A stretch of DNA of 64,000 nucleotides. Origin: Alphaproteobacteria bacterium (lineage in GTDB: Bacteria > Pseudomonadota > Alphaproteobacteria > MPNO01). Positions 28,551 to 37,700 of this stretch are shown piece by piece. The first letter of the stretch is position 1, and each line of letters starts with the position of its first letter. Location: the NCBI GenBank assembly GCA_964291675.2, contig OZ219866.1:3136001-3200000 (forward strand), read 5' to 3'. Below the pieces are notes generated by a model that was not told the origin of the DNA, did not search any database, and was given only the letters and a program-made list of their open reading frames with translations. A program made the translations under genes and the position numbers.

Positions 28551-30200
28551 CTAGCTGTTCGCCTCATCGGCGAGCTTGGCGGAGATCGTCTCCACTAGCG
28601 CCTTCTTCGAGACCTTGCCGAAGGCGGAGACCGGGAAGCTGTCGACGATCTCGATGCGCTCCGGCAGCTTGAAGCGCGCGATCTCCTTCTGCTCGAGGAA
28701 GCCAACCAGCTCGGCCAGCTCGATGTTGCGGCCGGGATGGAGGACGAGGTAGGCGCACATGCGCTCGCCGAGGCGCGCATCCGGCATCGGCACGCAGGCC
28801 ACGTTGCGCACCGCGGGGTGCATGAGGATCAGGTTCTCGATCTCCTCGGCCGAGATCTTCTCCCCGCCGCGGTTGATCAGGTCCTTGATCCGCCCCTCGA
28901 CGATGTAGTTGCCCGAAGAGTGCTGGCGCAGCAGGTCGCCCGAGCGGTAGAAGCCGTCATTGGTGAAGGCGCGCGCGTTGTGCTCGTCGGCCGCGAAATA
29001 GCCGCGCAGGGTATAGGGGCCGCGCACGCAGAACTCGCCCACCTCGCCGAACGGCACCAACTGGTCCTCTTCGTCGAGCAGCATGACCTCGTCGTCCGGG
29101 CACATCGGCTGTCCGACGGTCTCAAGCTGGGCGTCCTCGCTGTCGGTCCGCTTGACGAACATCAGCGTGCCCTCGGCCATGCCGAAATTCTCCTGCACGA
29201 AGGCGTTGGGATAGACCTCCCGCATCCGGCGCTTGACCTCGGGCTGGAGCCGCTGGCCGCCGCTGCCGATCATCCGCACCGACGACAGATCGTAATCGGC
29301 CGCCGCCGGATCGTTGATCCAGCCGATATGGAGCGCCGGCACGCCGATCACATGGGTCACGCGGTGCTTCTCGATCATCGCGAAGGCATCCGGCGCGCGG
29401 GCGCTGGTCGACAGCACCACGGCGGCGCCGTTGAGCAGATAGCCCTGCAAGCCGGGGCAGGCGAGCGGCAGGTTGTGCGCGATCGGCAGCACGATGAAGA
29501 GCCGCGAATCGGGCGTCACCTCGGTCTCCCGCGCCGCCTGTTTCGAGTTGTAGGCGTAGTCGTTATGGGTGCGCGGGATCAGCTTGGGGATGCCGGTGGT
29601 CCCGCCGGAGAGCTGGAACACCGCGGGATCGGCGGGGTCGATCTCGATCGCGGCCAGCGCGTCCGCGCCGAGCGGCGACGGCCGTTCGATCAGCTCGCGC
29701 AGCGACACCGAATCGCCCGTCGCCTCGCCCATGACGACGAGATGTTTCAGGCGGCCGTTCTCCGCCCGCACCCGCGCCGCCATGTCGCGGTAGTCGAAGC
29801 CGCGGATCGTGTCGGGAATGACGCAGGCGGTCGCGCCCGACAGCGCCACGAACTGGCCGATCTCGGCGAAGCGATGGGTGACCAGCGCCGCGATGGGGAT
29901 GCAGCCGGCCTTCTGCAGCGCGACGTAGAGGACCGCGAACTCCTTCACGTTGGGGAGCTGGATCACCACCCGGTCGAGCGGTCTCAGCCCGAGCGCCACC
30001 AGGTTGAGCGCCAGATTGGTCGACATCCGGTCGAGCTCGCCATAGCTCAGCTCGCCGGTCTCGTCGATCACCGCGACCCGGTCGGCGAATTTCTTCAGGC
30101 AGGGCTGCAGCTCGTCGCGCAGCGCGCGGTCCTCCCAGTAGCCCTTGTCGCGGTAGAGCTTCTGAAACTCGGCGGGGTAGGGGACGACGCCTTGCAGCAT
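28551..30200 (-). CDS. aryl-acid adenylating ligase, DhbE/EntE-like
   Basis: FQLSGGTTGIPKLIPRTHNDY, FGMAEG, GFYRSGD, KDLINRGGEKI, FGKVSK. Confidence 0.9.
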   Translation of the reverse strand: MLQGVVPYPAEFQKLYRDKGYWEDRALRDELQPCLKKFADRVAVIDETGELSYGELDRMSTNLALNLVALGLRPLDRVVIQLPNVKEFAVLYVALQKAGCIPIAALVTHRFAEIGQFVALSGATACVIPDTIRGFDYRDMAARVRAENGRLKHLVVMGEATGDSVSLRELIERPSPLGADALAAIEIDPADPAVFQLSGGTTGIPKLIPRTHNDYAYNSKQAARETEVTPDSRLFIVLPIAHNLPLACPGLQGYLLNGAAVVLSTSARAPDAFAMIEKHRVTHVIGVPALHIGWINDPAAADYDLSSVRMIGSGGQRLQPEVKRRMREVYPNAFVQENFGMAEGTLMFVKRTDSEDAQLETVGQPMCPDDEVMLLDEEDQLVPFGEVGEFCVRGPYTLRGYFAADEHNARAFTNDGFYRSGDLLRQHSSGNYIVEGRIKDLINRGGEKISAEEIENLILMHPAVRNVACVPMPDARLGERMCAYLVLHPGRNIELAELVGFLEQKEIARFKLPERIEIVDSFPVSAFGKVSKKALVETISAKLADEANS

Positions 30201-30218
30201 GGCGGGCTCCGGGGCGGA

Positions 30219-30983
30219 TCAGGTGACGGCGGCAAACCCGCCGTCGATGACGACGATGTGGCCGGTGACGAATTTGTTGCTCACGACGAGGCTGAGCACG
30301 GTCTCGGCCACGTCCTCGGCGGTGGCGACGCGCTTGAGCGGCGTGTAGCGCGCGCGCCTCGCCATCAGCCCCTCGTAGTTCTCCGCCAGGGTGCGCTCCA
30401 TCCACTCGCCTTCCATCCAGCCCGGCGCGACCGCGTTGACCCGGATCTCCGGGCCGAGCGCGCCCGCCAGCGTCCGGGTCAGGTTGGCGACGGCGGCCTT
30501 GCTGGCGGCGTAGGGCAAGGGCTGCGGGCCGGGCCGCAGCCCGGCGATGGAACAGGTGTTGACGATGCAGGGCTCGGCGGATTTGCGCAGCAGCGGCACT
30601 GCGGCGCGGGTGACCTGGAACAGCCCGCGCACGTTGACCGCGAAGACCCGGTCCCAGGCATCGAGATCGACCGCGTCCATGTCCTTCGGTCCGGTCTCGA
30701 TGGTGGTGCCGGCGTTGTTGACCAGCACGTCGAGGCGGCCGAAGGCGTCCTCGCAGGCGGCCAGCATCGCCTTGACCGCGCCGTCATCGGCGACGTCGCA
30801 CCGGACGGCGAAGGATTCCGCACCCGCCGCCGCGCAGGCCGCCGCCGTCTCCTCCGCGCGCGCCCGGGAGGAGCCGTAATTGACCGCGACGTCATGGCCC
30901 GCGCGGGCGAGCGCGATCGCCGTCGCCGCGCCGATGCCGCTCGACGCGCCCGTGACCAGTGCCGTGCGCCGCTCTTCACTCAT
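30219..30983 (-). CDS. SDR-family oxidoreductase
   Basis: TGASSGIG, NNAG, YAASK, RVNAVAPG. Confidence 0.93.
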   Translation of the reverse strand: MSEERRTALVTGASSGIGAATAIALARAGHDVAVNYGSSRARAEETAAACAAAGAESFAVRCDVADDGAVKAMLAACEDAFGRLDVLVNNAGTTIETGPKDMDAVDLDAWDRVFAVNVRGLFQVTRAAVPLLRKSAEPCIVNTCSIAGLRPGPQPLPYAASKAAVANLTRTLAGALGPEIRVNAVAPGWMEGEWMERTLAENYEGLMARRARYTPLKRVATAEDVAETVLSLVVSNKFVTGHIVVIDGGFAAVT

Positions 30984-31064
30984 CCAGGGTTTCCGTATTT
31001 GGGCAGCAGGGTTGAAGCCGAAGGGGCCGATCCCCGTCAAGTCTTCCCATTGGAGGGCTGGCGT

Positions 31065-31823
31065 TCAACCCCGGCGCCGGCCGTCGCGGTCCCGCCTCCG
31101 CTTGCCGCTCAACGCTTCCGCCAGCGCGCCGTAGGTCGCCGAGAGCCTGACCCCGGGGCTGTCCGGGTCGGCGGCGCAGGTCTCGCACATGTTGAGGCTG
31201 GTATAGCGGGCGGGGCGCACGCTCACCGCGGTGGCCAGCAGCATGCGCTCCTCCTCGGTTTCCGGGCGCAGCGGCTCGGGACCCTCGGCGAGGCGTTTCA
31301 TCTCTTCCTCGTCGCCGCCGGCGCGGCGCGACAGCAGCTCGTAGGTCGCGCGCTCGAAGGCGGAAGCGGCCCGGTAATGCGCCTCCACGCAGCAGAGCGG
31401 GAAGCCGAGCAGCCGCGCCTCCTGCTCGATCTCCGGGCGGCCGCCGTCGGCCAGCGCCTTGAGCTCGTCGGCGATCGCGCGTCCCTTGGCGATGTAATGC
31501 GCGCGGCCCTCGTCGAGCCCCTTGCGGCCGGTCTCGACGAACCAGCCGGGAAGGTCGGAGGACGGGCGGATGGCCTCCCAGTAGGGACCCGGGACGACAT
31601 AGAGCCGGTTGGAGGCGGCGACTTCCAGCACCGCCGCCCGCCAGCCGTCGTGATCGAAGCCGCGCCCGGTCACGTAGACCGGCTTGATCCCCGCCATCAT
31701 GGCGACGAAGTCGATCGCTTCCTGCGCCGCGGTGGCGCGCACGTAGCCGTCGGACCAGTCGATCTGCGCGGCATACAGCTTTCTGAGCGCCGAGCGCAGC
31801 CGGGGCTTGTTGGCGAGCTTCAT
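31065..31823 (-). CDS. hypothetical protein, DUF483-like Cys motifs
   Basis: ARLLGFPLCCVEAHY and a C-terminal MCETC; start overlaps the emrB stop (ATGA); host-like codon usage. Confidence 0.65.
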   Translation of the reverse strand: MKLANKPRLRSALRKLYAAQIDWSDGYVRATAAQEAIDFVAMMAGIKPVYVTGRGFDHDGWRAAVLEVAASNRLYVVPGPYWEAIRPSSDLPGWFVETGRKGLDEGRAHYIAKGRAIADELKALADGGRPEIEQEARLLGFPLCCVEAHYRAASAFERATYELLSRRAGGDEEEMKRLAEGPEPLRPETEEERMLLATAVSVRPARYTSLNMCETCAADPDSPGVRLSATYGALAEALSGKRRRDRDGRRRG

Positions 31824-33355
31824 GCGCTTCTCCGGCGCCGCCGGGGCGGCCCCGCGGTCCGCAACAGGGCGATCAGCGGGATGGTCGCCAGCGCCGCGAT
31901 GGCGAGGGCATGGAAGTCGTTGGCGAAGCCGATCGCCTGGGCCTGGCGGAAGATCTCGCCATCCAGCGCGGCGATGCCGGGGGACGAGGCGGGGTCCCAC
32001 GCCTCCGGCAGGTATGGCGCCTGCGCGCCTTCGCGGTAGGGATCGACGCGCGCGGAGATCTCGCCCTCGGAGACCGCGCGGGTGCGGCTCAGGATCGCCA
32101 CCACGACGGAGACGCCCACGCCCGAGCCGTAATTCCTAGCCAGGCTGGTCAGCGTCGACGCCTCGGTCCGATGTCGCGCGGGCAGGGTCTCGAAGGATAT
32201 CACCGTGAGCGGCACCCAGATGAAGCCGATGCCGAGCCCGTTGACGAAGGCCGCCCAGGACACGTCGTAGAGGTCGACATCGGCCGAGAATGTCGAGAGA
32301 TAATAGGACGAGACGGCGACGCAGGCGAAGCCGAGCGCGCACACCGGCCTGCCGTCGACATGGCGCACCAGCCACCCCGCCAGCAGCAGCGAGGCGAAGG
32401 TGCCGAGACCGCGCGGCGCCATCACATAGCCCGCCGTGATCACCGGAAGACCCCGCAGGACTTGCAGGAACATCGGCAGGATCACGTTGAGCGCCAGCAC
32501 GCAGACCCCGAGCAGGAACATGAAGGCGAGGCCGAGCACGAAGTTGCGGTCGGACAGGATGCCGCGCGAGATGAAGGGGGTGTCCGTGGTGAGCGAATGG
32601 ACCGTGAAGACGTAGAGGCCGAGCACCACGATCGCCGCCTCGACGACGATCTCGGGCGAGTCGAACCAGCCCTCCTGCTCGCCCCGGTCGAGCAGGAGCT
32701 GGAGCGCGGCAAGCGCGCAGGCGAGCGCGACGAAGCCGAACAGATCGAACGGCCGGTCCTGCTTCGCCAGGGTCTCCCGCATGAAGCCGAGGCCGAGCGC
32801 GAGCCCGGCCAGCGCGAACGGGATGCCGATGAAGAAGATCCACTGCCAGCCGTAATTCTCGGTGACGAAGCCGCCGACCACGGGGCCCATGACGGGCGCG
32901 AACATCACCCCGGTCCCCCAGATCGCGAGCGCCGAGCCGTGCCGTTCCGGCGGGTAGTTGTCGAGCATCAGCGCCTGCGAGATCGGGATCACCGGCGCGC
33001 TCATCGCCCCCTGGCAGGCGCGCCAGACCAGGATTTCGGGCAGCGAGGTGGCGCTGCCCGACAGCATCGAGAAGCCCATGAACCCGGCGAGCGCGAGCAG
33101 GAAGGTGCGCTTGCGCCCCAGCCTGCCCGCCACCCAGCCGGTGCATGCCGTGGAGATCGCCTGGCAGACGAAATAGGTCGTCATCACCCAGCCGATCTGG
33201 TCCTGGCTGGCACCCAGATTGCCCTGCATGTGCGGCAGGGCGATCGAGGCGATGGTCATGTCGAGGATGACGACCGTGGTCGCCATCATCACCGCGACGG
33301 TGACCATCGACCGCGCCAGATCGGATCGCCGCGGATCCGGCTCGCCTTCGGTCAT
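31820..33355 (-). CDS. DHA2-family MFS efflux permease (EmrB-like)
   Basis: LDMTIASIALP, WVMTTY, APVMGPVVGG, WQWIFFIGIP, LDRGEQEGWF. Confidence 0.92.
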   Translation of the reverse strand: MTEGEPDPRRSDLARSMVTVAVMMATTVVILDMTIASIALPHMQGNLGASQDQIGWVMTTYFVCQAISTACTGWVAGRLGRKRTFLLALAGFMGFSMLSGSATSLPEILVWRACQGAMSAPVIPISQALMLDNYPPERHGSALAIWGTGVMFAPVMGPVVGGFVTENYGWQWIFFIGIPFALAGLALGLGFMRETLAKQDRPFDLFGFVALACALAALQLLLDRGEQEGWFDSPEIVVEAAIVVLGLYVFTVHSLTTDTPFISRGILSDRNFVLGLAFMFLLGVCVLALNVILPMFLQVLRGLPVITAGYVMAPRGLGTFASLLLAGWLVRHVDGRPVCALGFACVAVSSYYLSTFSADVDLYDVSWAAFVNGLGIGFIWVPLTVISFETLPARHRTEASTLTSLARNYGSGVGVSVVVAILSRTRAVSEGEISARVDPYREGAQAPYLPEAWDPASSPGIAALDGEIFRQAQAIGFANDFHALAIAALATIPLIALLRTAGPPRRRRRSA

Positions 33356-34413
33356 TTCCCCGGCGCCATGAAGGCGAGCGCCGAGCCCACCGCGTCGAAC
33401 AGCGTCACCTCGCGCCCGGTGTCGATGCTGACCGACACCGTGGCCCCCGCCGGCATGGCGAAGGGCCGCCCGGTGCCGCCGTCGATCTCCAGCCGCACCG
33501 GCACCCGCTGGACGATCTTGACCCAGTTGCCCGACGCGTTCTGCGGCGGCAGCACGGAGAGCTCGGCGCCGGTCGAGGGGCTGATGCTGGCGACCCGGGC
33601 GCGCCACGACAGCTCCGGGAAGGCGTCGACCACGATCTCCGCCGGCTGGCCGACCCGGACATGGGTGAGCTGGGTCTCCTTGAGATTGGCCTCCACCCAG
33701 GCCCGGCCGGTCTCGATCAGCGGCATCACCGGCCTGCCGGCATCGACATACTCGCCCCGTTGCAGCCGCACCCGGCCGATCGTCCCGTCCGCCGGCGCCC
33801 GGATCACGGTGCGTCTCACGTCGATCTCCGCCCGGTCGCGCGCGGCCAGCGCCTCGCGGAATTGCGGGCTTTGCTCGGCCTCGATCCCGGGCGCGCCGCC
33901 GAGCTCGGCGAGGATGGCGAGACCCTTCTGGCGCACCGTGCCGGCGCGCTGGCGGGCGGCGATCAGGTTCCGCTCCGCCTCCTCGAACCGGGTGCGCGAG
34001 GCGTGGCCGCGTCCGGCAAGCTTCTCCTGCCGGTCGAAGATGCGCTGGCGATAGGCGACCTCCTGCTCGGCCTCCCGCAGCTCCTCCCGGGCGCCGCGCC
34101 AGGACGCGCGCAGCGCGACCATCCGGTTGCGCACCGCAGCCAGCCTGGCATCGGCCTCGGCGAGCGCGACGCGAAACGGTTCCGCGTCGATCGAGAAGAT
34201 CGCATCGCCCGCCCGGATGGCCGCGTTCTCCGCCACGAAGACATCGGCGACCCGGCCCGGGATCTCGGCGCTGATCTGGATCACGTTGGCCTTCACATAG
34301 GCGTTCTCGGTGGTCACGTAGCGACCCGACGCGACCCAGTAATGCGCGCTCACGACAATGGCCGCGGCCGGCACGACGACGAGCAGGACTATGCGAAGCA
34401 GCGCGCGCCTCAC
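33352..34413 (-). CDS. HlyD/EmrA-family membrane fusion protein
   Basis: VTTENAYV, WVEANLKETQL, LPPQNASGNWVKIVQRVPVR. Confidence 0.93.
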   Translation of the reverse strand: MRRALLRIVLLVVVPAAAIVVSAHYWVASGRYVTTENAYVKANVIQISAEIPGRVADVFVAENAAIRAGDAIFSIDAEPFRVALAEADARLAAVRNRMVALRASWRGAREELREAEQEVAYRQRIFDRQEKLAGRGHASRTRFEEAERNLIAARQRAGTVRQKGLAILAELGGAPGIEAEQSPQFREALAARDRAEIDVRRTVIRAPADGTIGRVRLQRGEYVDAGRPVMPLIETGRAWVEANLKETQLTHVRVGQPAEIVVDAFPELSWRARVASISPSTGAELSVLPPQNASGNWVKIVQRVPVRLEIDGGTGRPFAMPAGATVSVSIDTGREVTLFDAVGSALAFMAPGK

Positions 34414-34470
34414 CCCGCGGTTTCCTTCTCCAGCCTGTTGCGGAAGGAGTCCGGGCCGGGCCCGGAAACC

Positions 34471-34484
34471 GTTAGATTACTAAC
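34471..34484. promoter_or_regulatory. palindromic operator GTTAG-ATTA-CTAAC (SlyA/MarR-type box) upstream of emrA
   Basis: Fits TTAG-N4-CTAA and overlaps a candidate minus-strand -10 (TAATCT), 58 bp from the emrA start. Confidence 0.55.
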
Positions 34485-34554
34485 ATTCTCCTTCCCGGCA
34501 AAGCGCGCAGAGGTCGGGCGCGTGCCGCCGTTTCGACCGGATCCCCGCCGGAGG

Positions 34555-34970
34555 CCACTGCTGTCCGGATTAGATGGGCTGGACGGGGCGCAAAGCCTTG
34601 TTCCGGGCGGGATATCGGCGCATCCGCCGGATCGGGACACGGATCGCCGCACGCCCGCACTTGCCGTCCCTGCCCCTCCGTTGTCACCCCGGCCTCGTTC
34701 CGGGCACCCACGGGCGGGGCGGGCCGCACCCGGCTCCCGTACTCCTCCACCGCCACCCCCACCCCGTCATGGCCGGACTTGATCCGGCCACCCATGCGCG
34801 GACTTGATCCGCGCAACCACTGGCGCCACCGGTACAACGCCCCGTCCGGAGGAGCGGCGGCGCCAGTGGATGCCCGGATCAAGTCCGGGCATGACGATGG
34901 GGGGAGGCATGGCGCTGGGCGGGGAACGCCGGGCGCGACCCGCGTCGAAGGCTAAACCGGACAGCAGTGG
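34555..34970. mobile_element. MITE-like element with 19 bp terminal inverted repeats
   Basis: CCACTGCTGTCCGGATTAG (34555-34573) and CTAAACCGGACAGCAGTGG (34952-34970) are 18/19 inverted; no convincing coding content between them. Confidence 0.55.
34765..34896. repeat. alphaproteobacterial palindromic intergenic repeat (REP/RPE-like)
   Basis: CGTCATGGCCGGACTTGATCCGGCCA...TGCCCGGATCAAGTCCGGGCATGACG, with an extra internal GCGCGGACTTGATCCGCGC hairpin. Confidence 0.8.
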
Positions 34971-35087
34971 AACGAGTCCGGCCATGGCGGAGAAGGCCGG
35001 AGATGACGGGTGGCGGGCCGCGGATGTTGTCCGCGAGCCCCGCGGGCGTATTATTGGCCGGGGACGCAGAGGACGGGTTGCGAGACG

Positions 35088-35933
35088 GTGAGCCTGCGCA
35101 TCGAAAAGCTGCATGAGGCGATCGGCGCCGAGGTGATCGGCGTCGACCTGGCGCGGCCGCTCGGCGCGGCCGAGATCGCCGGGATCGAGGCCGCCTGGCT
35201 GGAGCATGTCGTGCTGGTGTTCCGCGGCCAGGAGCTCGACCAGGAGGCGCAGCTCCGCTTCGCCGGCCAGTTCGGCACGCTCGGCGAGCGGTCGAGGCCG
35301 GCCGAGATCAGGCCGGAGGGGGCCGATTTCCACCCCGCCGTCATGCTGGTGTCCAATATCCGCGAGAACGGCAGGCCGATCGGCTCGCTGCCCGACGGCG
35401 AGATGTGGTTCCACCACGACATGTGCTACGTGGCCGAGCCCTATCGCGGCACCATGCTGTACGCGATCGACATCCCGAGCCGCGGCGGCAACACGCTGTT
35501 CGCCAACATGTACGCGGCCTATGACCGGCTCGATGCCGCGACGAAGGCGCGAATCGCCGGCGCCCGCGCGCTCCAGATCTACAACTACTCGGTCACCGAG
35601 AAGGTCTCGCTTGACGCCGACCTCGACGATTACCCGCATTTCGTCCAGCCGGTGGCGATCGCCCATCCGCGGACCGGCCGCAAGGCGCTCTACGTCAATC
35701 CGCTGATCACCGCGCGGATCGAGGGGCTGCCCGAGGCCGAGAGCGACGCCCTGCTGGAAGAGCTGTTCGGCTTCACCGAAGATCGCGGGCTGATCTACGA
35801 GCATGTGTGGCGCGAGGGCGACCTGGTGATGTGGGACAACTGGTGCTCGTGCCACGCGCGCACGGACTTCCCGGAGAACGAGCGCCGCCTGCTCCGGCGG
35901 TGCACCATCCTCGGCGAGGCGCTGGCCGAATAG
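35088..35933 (+). CDS. TauD/TfdA-family Fe(II)/2-oxoglutarate dioxygenase
   Basis: IGAEVIGVDL, FHHD, GGNTLFAN, HPRTGRKALY, WDNWCSCHAR. Confidence 0.92.
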   Translation: MSLRIEKLHEAIGAEVIGVDLARPLGAAEIAGIEAAWLEHVVLVFRGQELDQEAQLRFAGQFGTLGERSRPAEIRPEGADFHPAVMLVSNIRENGRPIGSLPDGEMWFHHDMCYVAEPYRGTMLYAIDIPSRGGNTLFANMYAAYDRLDAATKARIAGARALQIYNYSVTEKVSLDADLDDYPHFVQPVAIAHPRTGRKALYVNPLITARIEGLPEAESDALLEELFGFTEDRGLIYEHVWREGDLVMWDNWCSCHARTDFPENERRLLRRCTILGEALAE

Positions 35934-35944
35934 GAGGGCAGGAG

Positions 35945-36790
35945 ATGGCCTTGAGAACCAGGAAGCTTTCCCCGCATATCGGCGTCGAGGTCATGGATAT
36001 CGACCTCGCGAGGAGGCCGGACGAGGCGACGATCCGCGAGATCTACCGGCTCTGGCTCGACCACATCATGGTGGTCTTTCGCGGCCAGTCGCTCGACCAG
36101 GAGAGGCTGCTCCAGGTCACCTCCTATTTCGGCACGCCCGGCGCCAACGCCAGGCCCAGGGAATACCGCACCTCGGGCCAGCACGACATGCTGCCCGGCA
36201 TCATGCTGATCAGCAACATCCGGGCCAACGGCGAGCCGATCGGCGCGCTCCCCGACGGCGACATGATGTTCCACCACGACATGATCCACGCCGACGTGCC
36301 CGACAAGGCGACCTGCCTGTATGCGGTGGAGATCCCGTCGGAGGGCGGCAACACGCTGTTCGCCAGCGGCTACGCGGCCTACGAGACGCTCGACGCCGGA
36401 CTCCGCGACTCGCTCGAGGGCAGGCGCGCCTTCCACCACTACAATTACGGCTCGCAGCACCGCGGCGACGACATCGGCACGCCGGCCTTCTCCGAGGCCG
36501 AGCACCCGGTGTTCCGCACCCATCCGGAGACCGGCCGCAAGGCGGTCTATGTCGACCGGCTGATCACCGCCTCGATCGTCGGCATGGAGGAAGACGAGAG
36601 CGAGGCCGCGCTCACCCGGCTGTTCGACCATTCGGAGAAGGACGAGTTCGTCTACGAACATGTCTGGCAGAAGGGCGATCTGCTGCTCTGGGACAACCGC
36701 TGCTCGATGCATGCCAGGCGCGACTTTCCGTCCACCGAGCGGCGCCTGTTGTGGCGCACCACGGTGAGCAGCGAAGACCGGCCGGCCTGA
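35945..36790 (+). CDS. TauD/TfdA-family dioxygenase, tandem paralog
   Basis: FHHD, GGNTLFAS, HPETGRKAVY, WDNRCSMHAR; GGAG RBS. Confidence 0.92.
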   Translation: MALRTRKLSPHIGVEVMDIDLARRPDEATIREIYRLWLDHIMVVFRGQSLDQERLLQVTSYFGTPGANARPREYRTSGQHDMLPGIMLISNIRANGEPIGALPDGDMMFHHDMIHADVPDKATCLYAVEIPSEGGNTLFASGYAAYETLDAGLRDSLEGRRAFHHYNYGSQHRGDDIGTPAFSEAEHPVFRTHPETGRKAVYVDRLITASIVGMEEDESEAALTRLFDHSEKDEFVYEHVWQKGDLLLWDNRCSMHARRDFPSTERRLLWRTTVSSEDRPA

Positions 36791-36800
36791 GGGCGCGCCG

Positions 36801-37613
36801 GTGGGCAAGGCTCTGAGCGCGGCCGAGGTCGAGCGCTATCGCCGGGACGGCTTCGTGTTCCCGGTCCGCATCATGGACCGGGCCGCGGCGGATGCGCTGC
36901 GCGCGCGCTTCGATGCGCTCGAAGCCGAGACCGGGGCGGAGCCGCAGAGCCGCTTCAAGATCAAGGCCCACATGCCGCTCACCTGGCTGAACGAGCTGGT
37001 GCGCAACCCGGCGATGCTGGATGCGGTGGAGGACCTGATCGGTCCCGACATCTTGTGCTGGGGCTCGTCGTTCTTCACCAAGAAGGCGCGCGACCCGCGC
37101 TTCGTCTCGTGGCATCAGGATTCCACCTATTACGGGCTGCGCCCGGCCGAGACCGTCACCACCTGGGTCGCGTTTACCGACAGCCGGATCGAGCAGGGCT
37201 GCGTCCGCTTCGTGCCCGGGACCCATCGCGACGGCATCCTCGACCACGAGGAGACGATGGACCCGCAGAACCTGCTGATGAAGGGCCAGACCATCGCCGG
37301 GGTGGACGAGAGCCGCGCGGTCGATTGCGAGCTCTCCGCCGGCGAGATCTCGATCCACCACGAATCGGTGGTGCACGGCTCCAACCCCAATAGCTCGGAC
37401 AAGCCGAGGATCGGGCTCTCGATCCACTACGTCGCGCCGCATGTCCGCCAGACCGCGTTCGAGGGCGCCTCCGCCCTGGTGGTGCGGGGCCGCGACACGC
37501 ACGGCCACTGGGAGCCCGAGCCCGAGCCGCGGCACGACCTCGACCCGGTCTGTCTCGCCGCCCTCGACGAGGTCTACGCCCAGTACCGCAGCGGCCGGGG
37601 CAAGCGGGGCTGA
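36801..37613 (+). CDS. PhyH-family Fe(II)/2-oxoglutarate dioxygenase
   Basis: YRRDGF, VSWHQD, GCVRFVPGTH, VHGSNPNSSDKPRIG. Confidence 0.92.
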   Translation: MGKALSAAEVERYRRDGFVFPVRIMDRAAADALRARFDALEAETGAEPQSRFKIKAHMPLTWLNELVRNPAMLDAVEDLIGPDILCWGSSFFTKKARDPRFVSWHQDSTYYGLRPAETVTTWVAFTDSRIEQGCVRFVPGTHRDGILDHEETMDPQNLLMKGQTIAGVDESRAVDCELSAGEISIHHESVVHGSNPNSSDKPRIGLSIHYVAPHVRQTAFEGASALVVRGRDTHGHWEPEPEPRHDLDPVCLAALDEVYAQYRSGRGKRG

Positions 37614-37700
37614 GGCGGGCGATTCCATCTGGCACCGACAGGTCCGGGTGTATAGGTTGCCCGGATCGTGCCGTGCGTCCGATACAGGGAGAAACCGAAC

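Noticed and set aside
34555-34995. CRISPR-like array
   Set aside because: The repeats are inverted and irregular, with no constant repeat-spacer period and no cas genes.
36801-37613. PhyH protein as a non-heme iron halogenase
   Set aside because: It keeps the HQD carboxylate ligand; halogenases have Ala or Gly there.
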